From: Eukaryota sp. TZLM1-RC
Lineage: Eukaryota; Protista; Metamonada: BaSk clade
Direction of reading: 5' to 3'
DNA length: 64,000 nucleotides
Assembly (NCBI GenBank): GCA_040285825.1
Contig: JAUPSS010000006.1
Location: 930,001 to 994,000 of the forward strand
Below the pieces are notes generated by a model. That model was not told where the DNA came from, made no database searches, and saw nothing but the letters and a program-made list of their open reading frames with translations. Positions within the stretch are counted from its first letter, which is position 1; each line of letters starts with the position of its first letter. This document shows, piece after piece, positions 10,815 to 21,125 of this stretch. The position numbers and the translations under genes are program-made.

Positions 10815-13800
10815 TTTTTTAAAATTTAATTTTATTCTAAACCTATAAATCAACATCTAAAAAATCCATCTCTCCCAAAACAAAAACACTAGATGCAACT
10901 CTCTCATAGTGAGATCCAAGAGAAAGCAAACCATCAGAAACCATCTTCAACATCCCCCTTAAAAATAGAAAACACAATTCTATTTTGCCAAAACAATCTG
11001 TTGAAATTTCTGCCAGTTCTTCTCTTTACAATCATTTCAAAATCATCCAAAAAACGTAAAGCAGTTGGTGCAAGTGAACCAAAAAGGGAAAATACAAATG
11101 GATACAAATTGTATTTTGCATGCTGTAGACTGGCCAATTTGGACAAAGGTTCATTGTATTTTTTGAATTTAAAATTTTCAGCATTTGAAAGGGGATTATG
11201 AATTTCAGAATTAACAAGCCTTTCATTTGAGGCATTACAAGGATCAACAGACATTACATCCAATAAAATGAAGCTTCCATCTAATCCAGGTAATATGACA
11301 TCACCTCTATTATTCTTATGAAAATCATTTTCAGCATCAAACAGATTTGACAACAAAGGTTCCAAGAAGGATTCAATTCTATGAGATTTACACATACAAT
11401 ATAACTGGTCTCTTACAGCATCATGAACCTTGCTTCTAAAAGTAATAAAATGTTTACAATTTAACAAATGAGTAGTTGTAATTTCTCGAGAACATTTACA
11501 AATTAAATTATGAGGTAAATTATCAGGCCAGATAAAAGAACGAAATCTCATATTCAGAGTCCAAGCAGAATCGGATAAGAGAGTACCATAAACTTGTGGA
11601 ATTGTTGTTACTAAGACAGAAGAAGTACTGTCACACATATCTTGTAAAAGATTTGCAAAAGCGGGATTCTTTTTCTTGGCCAAGCCAAGTCTAACATCAA
11701 AATCCAAGCTTTCAAAAATCTTTGACAATTTTTGTTGAAGCTTTTTACAGCAAAACTGTAAACTAAATAGAGATCGGTTTGGAATTTCTTGAATTGATTG
11801 AGGAAAACATTTGGTCCAAATTTGTGGCGGTAATTTTTCAAGTTCACAAGATAACTCATACAAATAGGGACTACAATTGGGGACTAACAGATGAGAATCA
11901 TCAGGAAATCTACGAGAAAATTCATAAATAAAATTTTTGCCACCACCCAAGAATGCTGATTGACACAAAATTGAAGATTTAGTAAATCCAATACCCCCCA
12001 AATTTGCTGAAGAAAATAAATGGCTTTTCAACATTCCTGGTTCTACATCCAATAAATCAGCAAAAAATTCTGTTCTCAATGAATTAAAAGAACGACAAAA
12101 ATCTAATGCTATGGAAGGGGCACAGGATCTCAAAATGTGGGTTATTCTCCCAGTATAGCAAATTTTAAGCATAAAAAATTTAATATGCTTTTCTATATCT
12201 AAAGAAGAAATTGAATCAAGTTCAATTTTCATTTTTTCCAAAATAACTTGCAATTCATTCTGAATTTGAGGCACATTTCCTAACCAACAACCAAGGAACT
12301 TGAAAGCATCACTACTATAATTAGTAAAAGGGACAATAGAATCGTTTATCACAAGGTCTTGAGCAGAAGACCCAATCAGAAGACATTTGCTGGCATTAAG
12401 ATGAAGCCCAATATTTTCATATGAATCGGCAATTTCTTGAGCAACCAATTCTAGTAAATCAAATGAACCAATCAAGGATATATCATCCATATAAGCAACT
12501 ATTTTTATAGAAGGGTATTTTTGCTTAACGATATTTAAAGTTTTGTGAATAGCCAAACAAAACAATAATGGACCTAAAGGGTCACCTTGCTTCACACCAG
12601 AAGATGATTTAAGAGCAAATGAATTAAAAATTAAATCTGATTCTTTACCATAAAAATGGTAGAAAGAACTCGATAGCTCAGGAAAATCAGATTTAATAAC
12701 TTCAAAAATTGCTTCTCGCTTTACAGAATTAAAAGCATTTTTAAAGTCAAGATTAAAAATAAAATTATTTTCCTCTGCATTAAAAAAGGTATCAGAGGCA
12801 ATAGCAGCAACAGAAGCACCATCAATTGTTATGATTCCAAATTGATGAGGATTCGAAAATGTAGAGGCTTTGTCTTTGACACGATCGAAGACAATTGATG
12901 CCAGCAAACGAGAAAGAGATTCACCAACAGCAATTGGGCGTACTCCATCAGGTTTGATTCCGTTTCCAGGCTTTACTAAAGCAATCAGACGTGCTGCGAG
13001 CAATTCAAATGGAGGATTTATTTTCAAAACAATTAATTGTTGAAAATAGTGGGCTAGATCATCAGCAATTTCGGGAGCACTGGAACACGCTATTTTTAAG
13101 AGATCAAAAGAAATTCCAGATGGGCCTGCTGCTTTCCCCTTAGGTAATTTTTGAATAGCTTTAAAAACCTCAATTGCAGTAATAGGATTTTCAATCCAAA
13201 AAGGACACACTTCAGGCTTGCTGCACTTGAAATTTTCTTGAGGATGCAACTTTTGGAGTTTTTCAAGGGTATCAGAGTTTACATCAGCCAAAGAAGAGGA
13301 AAACAAAGACTGCTTTGCGGCACCATAACGACCACGTAAGCACAATTTTCGGCAAATTTTTGATTTTACAATTTTTCTATTTCCAAATTTTTTCTTAAAA
13401 CAATTTTTGTTTTTTCTAGCAAAATATTTCCAGAAGGATGAAATATTCCACTTATTATTTTTCAATTCAGAAGTAAAATTTCTCATTTCCATTGAGAAGA
13501 GGATTGTGCTGGTGGGACTTATTTCTACTGGGATCCGGATCGGGGGTCTTACGGTATCAACGGCTTTACAATTCGTACAAAACAGAAGTTTTCGACCATT
13601 TCGTGAATCTGCAACATCTTTTTTGCAAAATGGACAACAAAAATTACTGTTTTCAGAAGGGGAAGAAGAGGGAACACTAGAAGCATTTAACTGTTGATCG
13701 TCAGAAACATTATTTTCAGCACCTTTCACAACGGCAACAGCTGGAACAGAACATTTGAGAATTTGTTGAGCAGATTTTAATTCAAATTCTCTTTTTTGTT

Positions 13801-14247
13801 TCTCAGGGCACGTTCTCGAATTATGACCACTGATACCACAAATCGAACATTTTTTAGAACCTTTTAATGGCAGTGGTTTCATTTTTTCAGTTCTTTCAAT
13901 TTTGTCAATTTTTGAGTTAAAAGTAGAAATAGACTTTTGACTTTTTGCAGTTTCAGCTGGAGAAAACAAATTTCGAGAAACGGAGTTGTTAATAGAACGC
14001 GCAACAGAACGCAAGGAACGTAATGGTGGTTTTTCTGTGTTTTTTCTGGTACAATGATCAGTTTTTGAATGAAAATTTTTTTGAGATGAATTTCGAGCAT
14101 AGCTTGTATTGTGGGGAGAGTGGGGAAGTGGAATGGATGAGCTTGATCTGACTGGTAGAATCTTTGCTTGGGCGTTCCAATCAGTATCAGAGTCACTATC
14201 AGCCAAAGGCATCGTTTTGACAGAGAAACAGTACGACTTCATTTACG
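10815..14247 (-). mobile_element. Near-intact full-length RLE non-LTR retrotransposon (A2), 3.43 kb, 14-bp TSD
   Basis: TSD agattcatttactt at 10801-10814 and 14248-14261. The 3' end has AATAAA plus a short A tail. Single ORF. Confidence 0.93.
10934..14212 (-). CDS. Retrotransposon polyprotein: CCHC knuckle, C4 finger, RT, CCHC, restriction-like endonuclease
   Basis: Motifs CSICGISGHNSRTC; CPFC..CTNC; GPSG, RPIAVGE, LDFKNAFN, QGDPLGPLLF, YMDD; CKC..HLLNC; RGD..LDV..ENFKFKKY. A 1-nt frameshift near 10955 removes the last ~35 aa (alternative-frame stop at 10843-10845). Confidence 0.92.
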   Translation of the reverse strand: MPLADSDSDTDWNAQAKILPVRSSSSIPLPHSPHNTSYARNSSQKNFHSKTDHCTRKNTEKPPLRSLRSVARSINNSVSRNLFSPAETAKSQKSISTFNSKIDKIERTEKMKPLPLKGSKKCSICGISGHNSRTCPEKQKREFELKSAQQILKCSVPAVAVVKGAENNVSDDQQLNASSVPSSSPSENSNFCCPFCKKDVADSRNGRKLLFCTNCKAVDTVRPPIRIPVEISPTSTILFSMEMRNFTSELKNNKWNISSFWKYFARKNKNCFKKKFGNRKIVKSKICRKLCLRGRYGAAKQSLFSSSLADVNSDTLEKLQKLHPQENFKCSKPEVCPFWIENPITAIEVFKAIQKLPKGKAAGPSGISFDLLKIACSSAPEIADDLAHYFQQLIVLKINPPFELLAARLIALVKPGNGIKPDGVRPIAVGESLSRLLASIVFDRVKDKASTFSNPHQFGIITIDGASVAAIASDTFFNAEENNFIFNLDFKNAFNSVKREAIFEVIKSDFPELSSSFYHFYGKESDLIFNSFALKSSSGVKQGDPLGPLLFCLAIHKTLNIVKQKYPSIKIVAYMDDISLIGSFDLLELVAQEIADSYENIGLHLNASKCLLIGSSAQDLVINDSIVPFTNYSSDAFKFLGCWLGNVPQIQNELQVILEKMKIELDSISSLDIEKHIKFFMLKICYTGRITHILRSCAPSIALDFCRSFNSLRTEFFADLLDVEPGMLKSHLFSSANLGGIGFTKSSILCQSAFLGGGKNFIYEFSRRFPDDSHLLVPNCSPYLYELSCELEKLPPQIWTKCFPQSIQEIPNRSLFSLQFCCKKLQQKLSKIFESLDFDVRLGLAKKKNPAFANLLQDMCDSTSSVLVTTIPQVYGTLLSDSAWTLNMRFRSFIWPDNLPHNLICKCSREITTTHLLNCKHFITFRSKVHDAVRDQLYCMCKSHRIESFLEPLLSNLFDAENDFHKNNRGDVILPGLDGSFILLDVMSVDPCNASNERLVNSEIHNPLSNAENFKFKKYNEPLSKLASLQHAKYNLYPFVFSLFGSLAPTALRFLDDFEMIVKRRTGRNFNRLFWQNRIVFSIFKGDVEDGF

Positions 14248-14584
14248 AGATTCATTTACTTCTAATAAAGAAGAAAAAAATTTGACTCGAAGTTTGTTAA
14301 AAGATCTGCAAAAATTGAAAAGATACCGATGGGGGTGTTGACCTTAAAATATGAGTGAATTTTCCAGAATCACAATTTTTTACAATAAAAAATTTGATGT
14401 GTTTCTCAATGTCACATTCAGCAATAAAACTAAGATCCTTGTCAAACTTCTCCAATAAATTGTTTAACTGGGAATAAATTTCCCAATTTTTGCTGATCAA
14501 GTTGAAAATGTATTTCATCTTATATAATGCCGGTTTTACCAAAAAAGAGAACATATCTTCTGACACTTCATTTACTAATTTTCC

Positions 14585-14655
14585 AAAATTAAAAATTAAA
14601 ATTAAATTAAATAAAATGAAATAAAATTAATTAAAATTAAAATTAATTAAAATTA
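14585..14655. repeat. Low-complexity (AAATT/AAAATT)n tract
   Basis: Directly visible in the sequence. Confidence 0.8.
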
Positions 14656-14699
14656 GAATGTTGTGGGAATCAAATATGAGTGAATGTATTGAACAGATT

Positions 14700-15052
14700 G
14701 ATATCAAATTTGAGGGAATTGAATAAAAATTCTGCATGTTCTGTCATAAAAAATCAAAAATTTTGGCCATGCGTATTCGTATGGAGGTCTTGGGAAAATT
14801 TCAATGATTTTATTGAAAATTTGAAAATTTTGTAGAAGAAGGAAGAATAAGCGTTTTGATCGTCGCTTGTGGCTAAATCGTATTGTTTTTACTATTTTCA
14901 AATCAATTCCTAAAATGATTACGAAAGCTTTGGTCTGTCAGTGCACGTTACGAAAACATTGCTGTTGTATTCCTTGATGGTGTGGAAGGCTTTTCTGGAG
15001 ATTTTGATTTTTACGCTATATTTTTTTAGAATTTTTTTGAATTATAATAAAA
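14700..15052 (+). mobile_element. Decayed RLE non-LTR 3' fragment
   Basis: Reads KRFDRRLWLNRIVFTIFKSIPKMITKAL, followed by an AATAAA-like end. Confidence 0.7.
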
Positions 15053-15602
15053 AGACTTAATTCATGGACAATTTGTGAAAAGTCCCAATAAATCAGAGGA
15101 CAGCTAGGAACACTAATACAAAATCAAAATGCTGCAATAAGAAGAAAAACAACAGATAATTTCAAATAGCAAAGTTTTTCACGGTTCAAAGCTTCTGTTC
15201 AACAAATAGAATAGGTGACTTTTAACTATTTCCATAATCTTTGAAGTGATTGCAAGTGGCAACTTCAGAACGTTTCTAAGAACATTTATTATTTCGTCCT
15301 CAAACCTTTGACTTGCTTCGCGGATATTTTAATGGTGGAGAATGAACCGATCGATAACAGAATTTCTTCAACAGTCTGGGAAAAAACAGTGAATCCAGAC
15401 ATCACAAATCATGCAATTCAAATTGAAGTTGATTTAAGAAAATATTTGATTCACTATGAATCAGTCTGATGGAACAACTGTGTGCTATGAGGTTGGAAGT
15501 TCATTTTTGAGAGATTTTTCTGCATGTGTTGTGTTGAAAATGGATCATCTTCGTGTATCGTTTTACAGGATAAATTTGAAAAAAATGGTTGAGATATGTT
15601 TA

Positions 15603-16871
15603 TTAATAATAAATTTTAAGAGATGGACGATTTGATACCATTTGTTGAAGTGTTGTTTCGACTGAACGTCCCATTTTGTTGCCCCGAAGATTTAATTCAG
15701 AAAGAGCAGAATTCAATTCCAAAGCTCGGCATAGTGCATATCCGCCTTCGGGACCAATTTTGTTACAGGCAAGAACCAATTCAGAAACAGTGGAGTTAGA
15801 TTCCAGAGCACGGGCAATTGCACTGGCGCCTTCGGGACCCATTGTGTTGCCACCAAGATTCAAACGAGTTAGAGAGGAATTCAATTCCAAAGCTCGGCAT
15901 AGCGCATATGCGCCTTCGGGGCCAATTCTGTTGGATGCAAGAACCAATTCAGAAACAGTGGAGTTCGATTCCAGAGCTTGGGCAAGTGCACTGGCGCCTT
16001 TAGAACCAATGTTGTTGGAGGCAAGAACCAATTTAGAAAGTCTGGAATTGGATTTCAGAACCCGGGCAAGTGCACTAGCACCTTCATCGCCAATATTATT
16101 ACAGTAAAGAAACAGAGTAGAAAGAGTGGAATTCGAAACAGCTGAAACAATTATACTGGCACCCTCGGGGCCAATCTTGTTGCCTCCGAGAATCAGCTGG
16201 GAAAGGGTGGAATTCGATTCTAGAACTCGAGCAAGTGCGCTTGCACCATCGAGACCAATTTTGTTCATGCTGAGATTCAATTGAGAAACAGTAGAATTAG
16301 ATGCCAAAGCTCGACCAAGTGCACTAATGCCTTCATCACCAATGTTGTTGTCGGAAATAGTGATTACAGAAAGAGTGGAATTAGATTCCAGAGCTCGGGC
16401 AAGTGCAATAGCGCCTTCGTCACCAACGTTGTTGCTGCCAAGATTCAATTCAAAAAGAGTGGAATTAGACTCCAAGGCTCGGGCAAGTGCAGCAGCGCCT
16501 TCATCACCAATGTTGTTACTATCAAGATGCAATACAGAAAGTGTGGAATTAAAATCCAATGCTCGGGCAAGAGCAATAGCGCCTTTATCACCAATGTTGT
16601 TACCATCAAGTTGCAATACAGAAAGTGTAGAACTTAACTTAAGAGCTCTGGCAAGTGCAATAGCGCCTTCAGACCCAATGTTACTGTATGCATTAGGCCT
16701 ACCACCAAGATCCAATTTACTAACATTGCCATCGACAATGTCCTCGACAGCCTTCATAAAAACATCTTTCATGTTGTCCCAGCAACTATCTGGATGATTG
16801 TCCATTGGAGGAATTCGTTTGCATGTGGTGTATTCCACTAAACAATTGAATTCAATTCCCACTCCTCCCAA
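15603..16871 (-). CDS. Ribonuclease-inhibitor-type leucine-rich-repeat protein (NLRC3-like LRRs)
   Basis: About 12 tandem 28-aa repeats of LxxLxLxxNxIGxEGAxALARALxxNST. The start is uncertain (first in-frame ATG 16805; an upstream exon is possible). Confidence 0.9.
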   Translation of the reverse strand: MGGVGIEFNCLVEYTTCKRIPPMDNHPDSCWDNMKDVFMKAVEDIVDGNVSKLDLGGRPNAYSNIGSEGAIALARALKLSSTLSVLQLDGNNIGDKGAIALARALDFNSTLSVLHLDSNNIGDEGAAALARALESNSTLFELNLGSNNVGDEGAIALARALESNSTLSVITISDNNIGDEGISALGRALASNSTVSQLNLSMNKIGLDGASALARVLESNSTLSQLILGGNKIGPEGASIIVSAVSNSTLSTLFLYCNNIGDEGASALARVLKSNSRLSKLVLASNNIGSKGASALAQALESNSTVSELVLASNRIGPEGAYALCRALELNSSLTRLNLGGNTMGPEGASAIARALESNSTVSELVLACNKIGPEGGYALCRALELNSALSELNLRGNKMGRSVETTLQQMVSNRPSLKIYY

Positions 16872-17460
16872 TATCGCTTTCCCACACTACCATTTTTGAT
16901 CCATTTCGTGCACTTTCCTCATACTTTAGGTACCAGTGGAAATGATAAGAATGGGGATTCACACAAGATCTGTTCTCATCTGAGGTAATCAGTCATAACG
17001 CTATCTTATTCCTATAAGTGTTTTCATTGTTTGTTTAGTTGAGATTGACGCCTTGCTACGTCTTTGTTCAACCTCGCCTGTGCAATGAATGACATTTTGC
17101 CATATTTCCAAGCTCTTTCAAACTCTATGCTTTACATTCTCATCATACTCCCTTGTTTGTGACATTCTTGTTCTCAACTTTTGTTTTGTTTTTCATATTG
17201 TTTGTTTTGTGTTTATGTTTATATCCAAACTGACAGTTGTGGTTTCCTTCTTTTTTGGAATATTTGACTTTGATAACCATTAATTTTTAGTTCAAGTAAA
17301 ATATTTGCCATTTTTGAAGGTGTCGTCTCCTTATTGTCTTCTGCTACATTATCTTTTGGTCTTTTTTGTGAAGGAAAAACTAGTCATTTTTATAGTTGAT
17401 TTGCGATATGAAGATTTAGAATTTTGCTTTTGTTGTTTAGTTTCTCGTTGAAATAAATTG

Positions 17461-17820
17461 ATATATAATTTATTATTTGTTTTCTACGAAGAAATAAAAC
17501 AAAAAACTCACTTTTATTCAACAACGAATATGAAAACATAAAATACACAATTAAAACTCCACGTCCTCAAAACCTGCCTCCCCTACATCAAAACAATTTA
17601 TTTCCAAAGATTCAGAAAATTTCCCAAAAGAAGACAGGGAATCAGAAATCAGTTTTACCATTCCCTTAAAAACAGAAAATACAACCCTGTTTTGCCAGTG
17701 AACACGATTGAAAATTCTTCCAGTTCTTTCCTTTACAAAAACAACAAAATCTTCAAGGAAAGCCATAGCAGCCTTACCCAAAGAACCAAGCAAAAAAATA
17801 CAAAGAGACATAAATTTTAT
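17461..17820 (-). mobile_element. Family A 3' fragment plus a short C-like 3'-UTR piece
   Basis: LGSLGKAAMAFLEDF...EAGFEDVEF* then gaataaaa, followed by ttcttcgtagaaaa as in the family C 3' UTR at ~29771. Confidence 0.8.
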
Positions 17821-18595
17821 TTATGGAAACAAAACAAACTAAAACACATAAGAAACAACATTTTCCACTCCAACTCTTGATGAATCCTTATACAGCTTGG
17901 GCATCATTAAACTCAAGTATTTGGGAACACTTCTGTACGAAGCGAAAATGATACTATTCTTTCATAAATTCCCTGCAAAATTCTTACCACTTGAACCACA
18001 TAAATTACCAAAATCATTGACAAAATTCAAGAAAGACTGTCTAATGTTGCCAAAAATCGAAAAGGCAAAAGGAACAAACGAAAACATCGAGTAAAGAATC
18101 TCATTTAAATCATTGAATATCTGAGTATATTTATCTCTTTACGATCCTCAGCCTTGTTTAAATGACCATTAGCACTAAGTAAAACATCATCACGATAAAT
18201 AAAAGCAAAAGGATCAACTGTAGTAAAATCAACAACAACTTGAGAGGAATCCACAAAAGGAGCAATTAAATCACCTCGACGTGAATTAAACAGATTATTA
18301 AAGCTATAATGCTTCAACAACGGTTCTAATTTGCAACTGAAATTGTAACACTTGAACATCTCATATGTCACATCATGAACGGCATTATAAAGAACTGACC
18401 TATATTGAAGGAATTTCATACAACTAACAATATGAAGGAAATTGACAGTAGGTTTTTCGTTACAAATACAAACAGAATTATCCAGAAGACCACTTGAATA
18501 CAGCCCCAATCTCAACAGCATTTTGTGTTTTCAAGCTTCATTTGTTCAGTGAAGACCAAATAGCCTTGGTTGCTGAGATATTAATCTAGTGCAAT
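17821..18595 (-). mobile_element. RLE non-LTR family C, 5'-truncated decayed copy
   Basis: Homologous to 30480-31260 (CICNEKP..HIVSC, RRGD, VVDFTTVDP). Confidence 0.88.
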
Positions 18596-19137
18596 AATTG
18601 AAATGTAAATTGTGTTTTGATGATCTCAAATTTTCCCTATTGAATTGTTTATAGAAACACCTTATTCTAACTCCCTCGAAAGACTTTAGATAGATCATAA
18701 TTGTTGACTTCATATGAATACGATCCTGGTGACTTAAATCTTGATGTTTGTTCACCTACTGTGAGAGTATTGTTGATGATGATGTATCCCTGATAGATTT
18801 ACGTGGTGTTTTGAACGATGGCGGTGATATTCCTGACCAGATACCCATTACGAAAATTCCTCACGGTTCAAGAGACGTCGGCCCAAATGTTGATAATTGC
18901 TGCCACATCCATTATTAAAACATCAGTTCAGAGGTTAACATTAGGTCAATTGTCCTTGAAATAGAATCGTAAGCTGTTTTTATTATTTAAATTAGCGTCA
19001 TGTTTATCAAAAAAAACATGACCAAAAGAGTTGAAACATGTTCACCTATTTGAGTAATTCTATCTGAAAAAAGAACTAAAACAAAGAAAATTTCTCCAAA
19101 ATAAGAAAAGTATTTCACCCAACTTAAAAATATTTGA

Positions 19138-19600
19138 TAGAGCTGTCCAAATTCCGATTCGGTTCAGTTTGGTTCAGTCATCAGTCCACGAAATGCTTGA
19201 ACCAGGACTGGTCTGGTTTCTTTCCTTATCGAACTTGTACTTAGACCGGTTCGCACCAGTTCGGACCGATGCTGTAACAACTTCTATACATAAATGTTTT
19301 TTGATCACAATATCTATTAATCAAAACCACATGCTACTGCTGTGATCCATGCTTTGTTTAATGACATCATTGTAACTCAAGAATTTCTTTCACTACATCA
19401 GTGTTGTTGAAATAACTCATCAACGACTTGAGACCGACTGATGCAGAAACACTGTCATCACTTAAAGAAGTCCTCTGCTCGGTAATTGAGCTTCCTGTTG
19501 AGGAGAACATTTGTTCTGATGGAACAGATGTAGCTTGTATGAGACATAGACTTGGAAAATTCATTGTAAGCAGAGGTGTTTTGAACAGTCGAAACCAACT
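19138..19600 (-). mobile_element. hAT DNA transposon 3' remnant with terminal TAGAGCTG and subterminal repeats
   Basis: hAT dimerisation motif ATSVPSEQMFSSTG..IT.QRTSL (19367-19564). Terminus-like TAGAGCTGTCCA at 19138, then repeated GGTTC/GAACC motifs to ~19270. Confidence 0.75.
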
Positions 19601-19829
19601 CAGTGGTCATACGATTGCCAGGTCATTGGACTTGACAGTGATCACCATCCTGACTTTAGGATTTTCTGAATCACGTGTTCTTCAACATTGCCTGCAGCAA
19701 CGCAGGAGTGAAATTCATCAATTGATGGTAAACTGGAATGTCAAAATTGGAGGTGCTTCATACTGGCTTTAACAACCATACCAGTTCACAGATTCTTGAT
19801 ATCAGCTGAGTAGGTAGAGGTTGTGTCTA

Positions 19830-21125
19830 TTACTGAGAATGGCCCTTTGTATTTACCATGTAACTGAGCAGTGGAAGACGAAGCTCGTTTGACCAATTGG
19901 CCAGGAGAGAAATGGTTGGCTTCGATTTGAGAATCACGGGGAGGAGCCTGGGAAACTTGCCAGAGCTCTGCTTCCTCCTGTTTCTTCCTTCATCTAGCAA
20001 ATTAAGATTGAATATCGTTGATATACGTTGACTCAGACGTTGAGCTTTCGAGGGTCTCAATGATTTTTCCCGGGTCAGCTTTGGGACTAAAATCTGAACC
20101 AAACAATTAGCACGTAAGGAGAGTAGCCGGTAATGAACAGAGTATTGGACAGAGTCGTAGTTGAGAAACTGCGTAATGTAGGACGTGACAGCTTCATCAA
20201 CCGAAGGGGCAGAGAGATACGGAGGGAGTGAAAGCGGTGATATACACTAGCTGGGTCTTCTAGCTGGCACATTGACATTAAATGAGTCAGGACGGCTGAG
20301 GGGATTCTGGGATCTATACCGTGGCAATTCTCGAAAGTCTCTAAGACAATTCGGGCCATGGTATACGGAATGTAAGGCAACATCGCGTCGAAGAGGCGGT
20401 CTTCATCAGATCTGAGGCGGTGTTCAAATGAAGTCAGTCCGGGTTGGTCAGCAGGGTCGGGGGAGAGAGTGTCTGGATCGATCTTCAGCGGGATCATCAT
20501 GAAGACAAGAGGAAACGGGAGTAGAGCATTCTAGTTCTTGAAGAGGCTCGGTGTCGGACACGGAGGCTTCACAGAAAACTTGGGACTGAGAAGAAACTTG
20601 AAAGAGTCTGCTTCGTAAGTCTTCTATCTCCTTAGACATGGCGGATATGGTAGCAACGTCACGTACAGATTGAGGAGGAGAGTTTTCCCATTGGGAAGAA
20701 TCGATAATGGTCATTATATCACCAACAACTTCTTCGTTTTCTTGTTGTTGAGTGGTCATATTGTTGTTGTTTTCATCATTTTCCATTTCGGGTAATTCAA
20801 TAATGACATGAGTGTGAAGGGAATGGAACTTGCGGCCAGCATCAGCGTAGATGGTTTGAGAGACCTCATCTTGGGGTTGAATTACGTTATTGTTGTTATT
20901 AATGTTGTTGTTGTTGTCATTTTCAACATCGTTTACGACACCTAAGGTAAGTGGAATAGCTTGGAGCATACGTTCAACAACGCCACCAATACAGTTGGGG
21001 TCGACAGCATCATCGCGCTCGTAGAGACCACGTTCACAGAGTGACTTATAGACTTCATCTTACTCGTTGTTGTTTTGAGCTAAGGCGAGTGCCAGAACCA
21101 GTAGAAAGAGGTAAAGTAACTTCAT
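19830..21125 (-). pseudogene. GC-richer gag-like ORF of a probable LTR retrotransposon, with N-terminal signal-peptide-like segment
   Basis: ATG 21125 gives MKLLYLFLLVLALALAQ, in frame (one TAA) with 20448-20969. After frameshifts it reads RFHSLRI..SVDEAVTSYITQF, resembling the gag ESVxxYxxRF motif. Composition resembles the Gypsy pol at 54-57 kb. Confidence 0.45.

Larger units (their letters stand above)
9534..14486 (-). mobile_element. Family A non-LTR copy (5'-truncated, 13-bp TSD, A9 tail) interrupted by a nested full-length element
   Basis: TSD tttttgctgatca at 9521-9533 and 14487-14499. Its two halves (14248-14486 and 9534-10814) rejoin as ...KFFSSLLEVNESLIRSHVFCSAVLGGIGFT. Confidence 0.9.

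Noticed and set aside
15676-16797. Plus-strand ORFs of 118-156 aa
   Set aside because: Antisense shadows of the LRR repeats.
20975-20995. tRNA primer-binding site TGGTGGCGTTG for the gag-like element
   Set aside because: Not preceded by an LTR-terminal CA, and cannot be matched to a tRNA without the genome's tRNA set.
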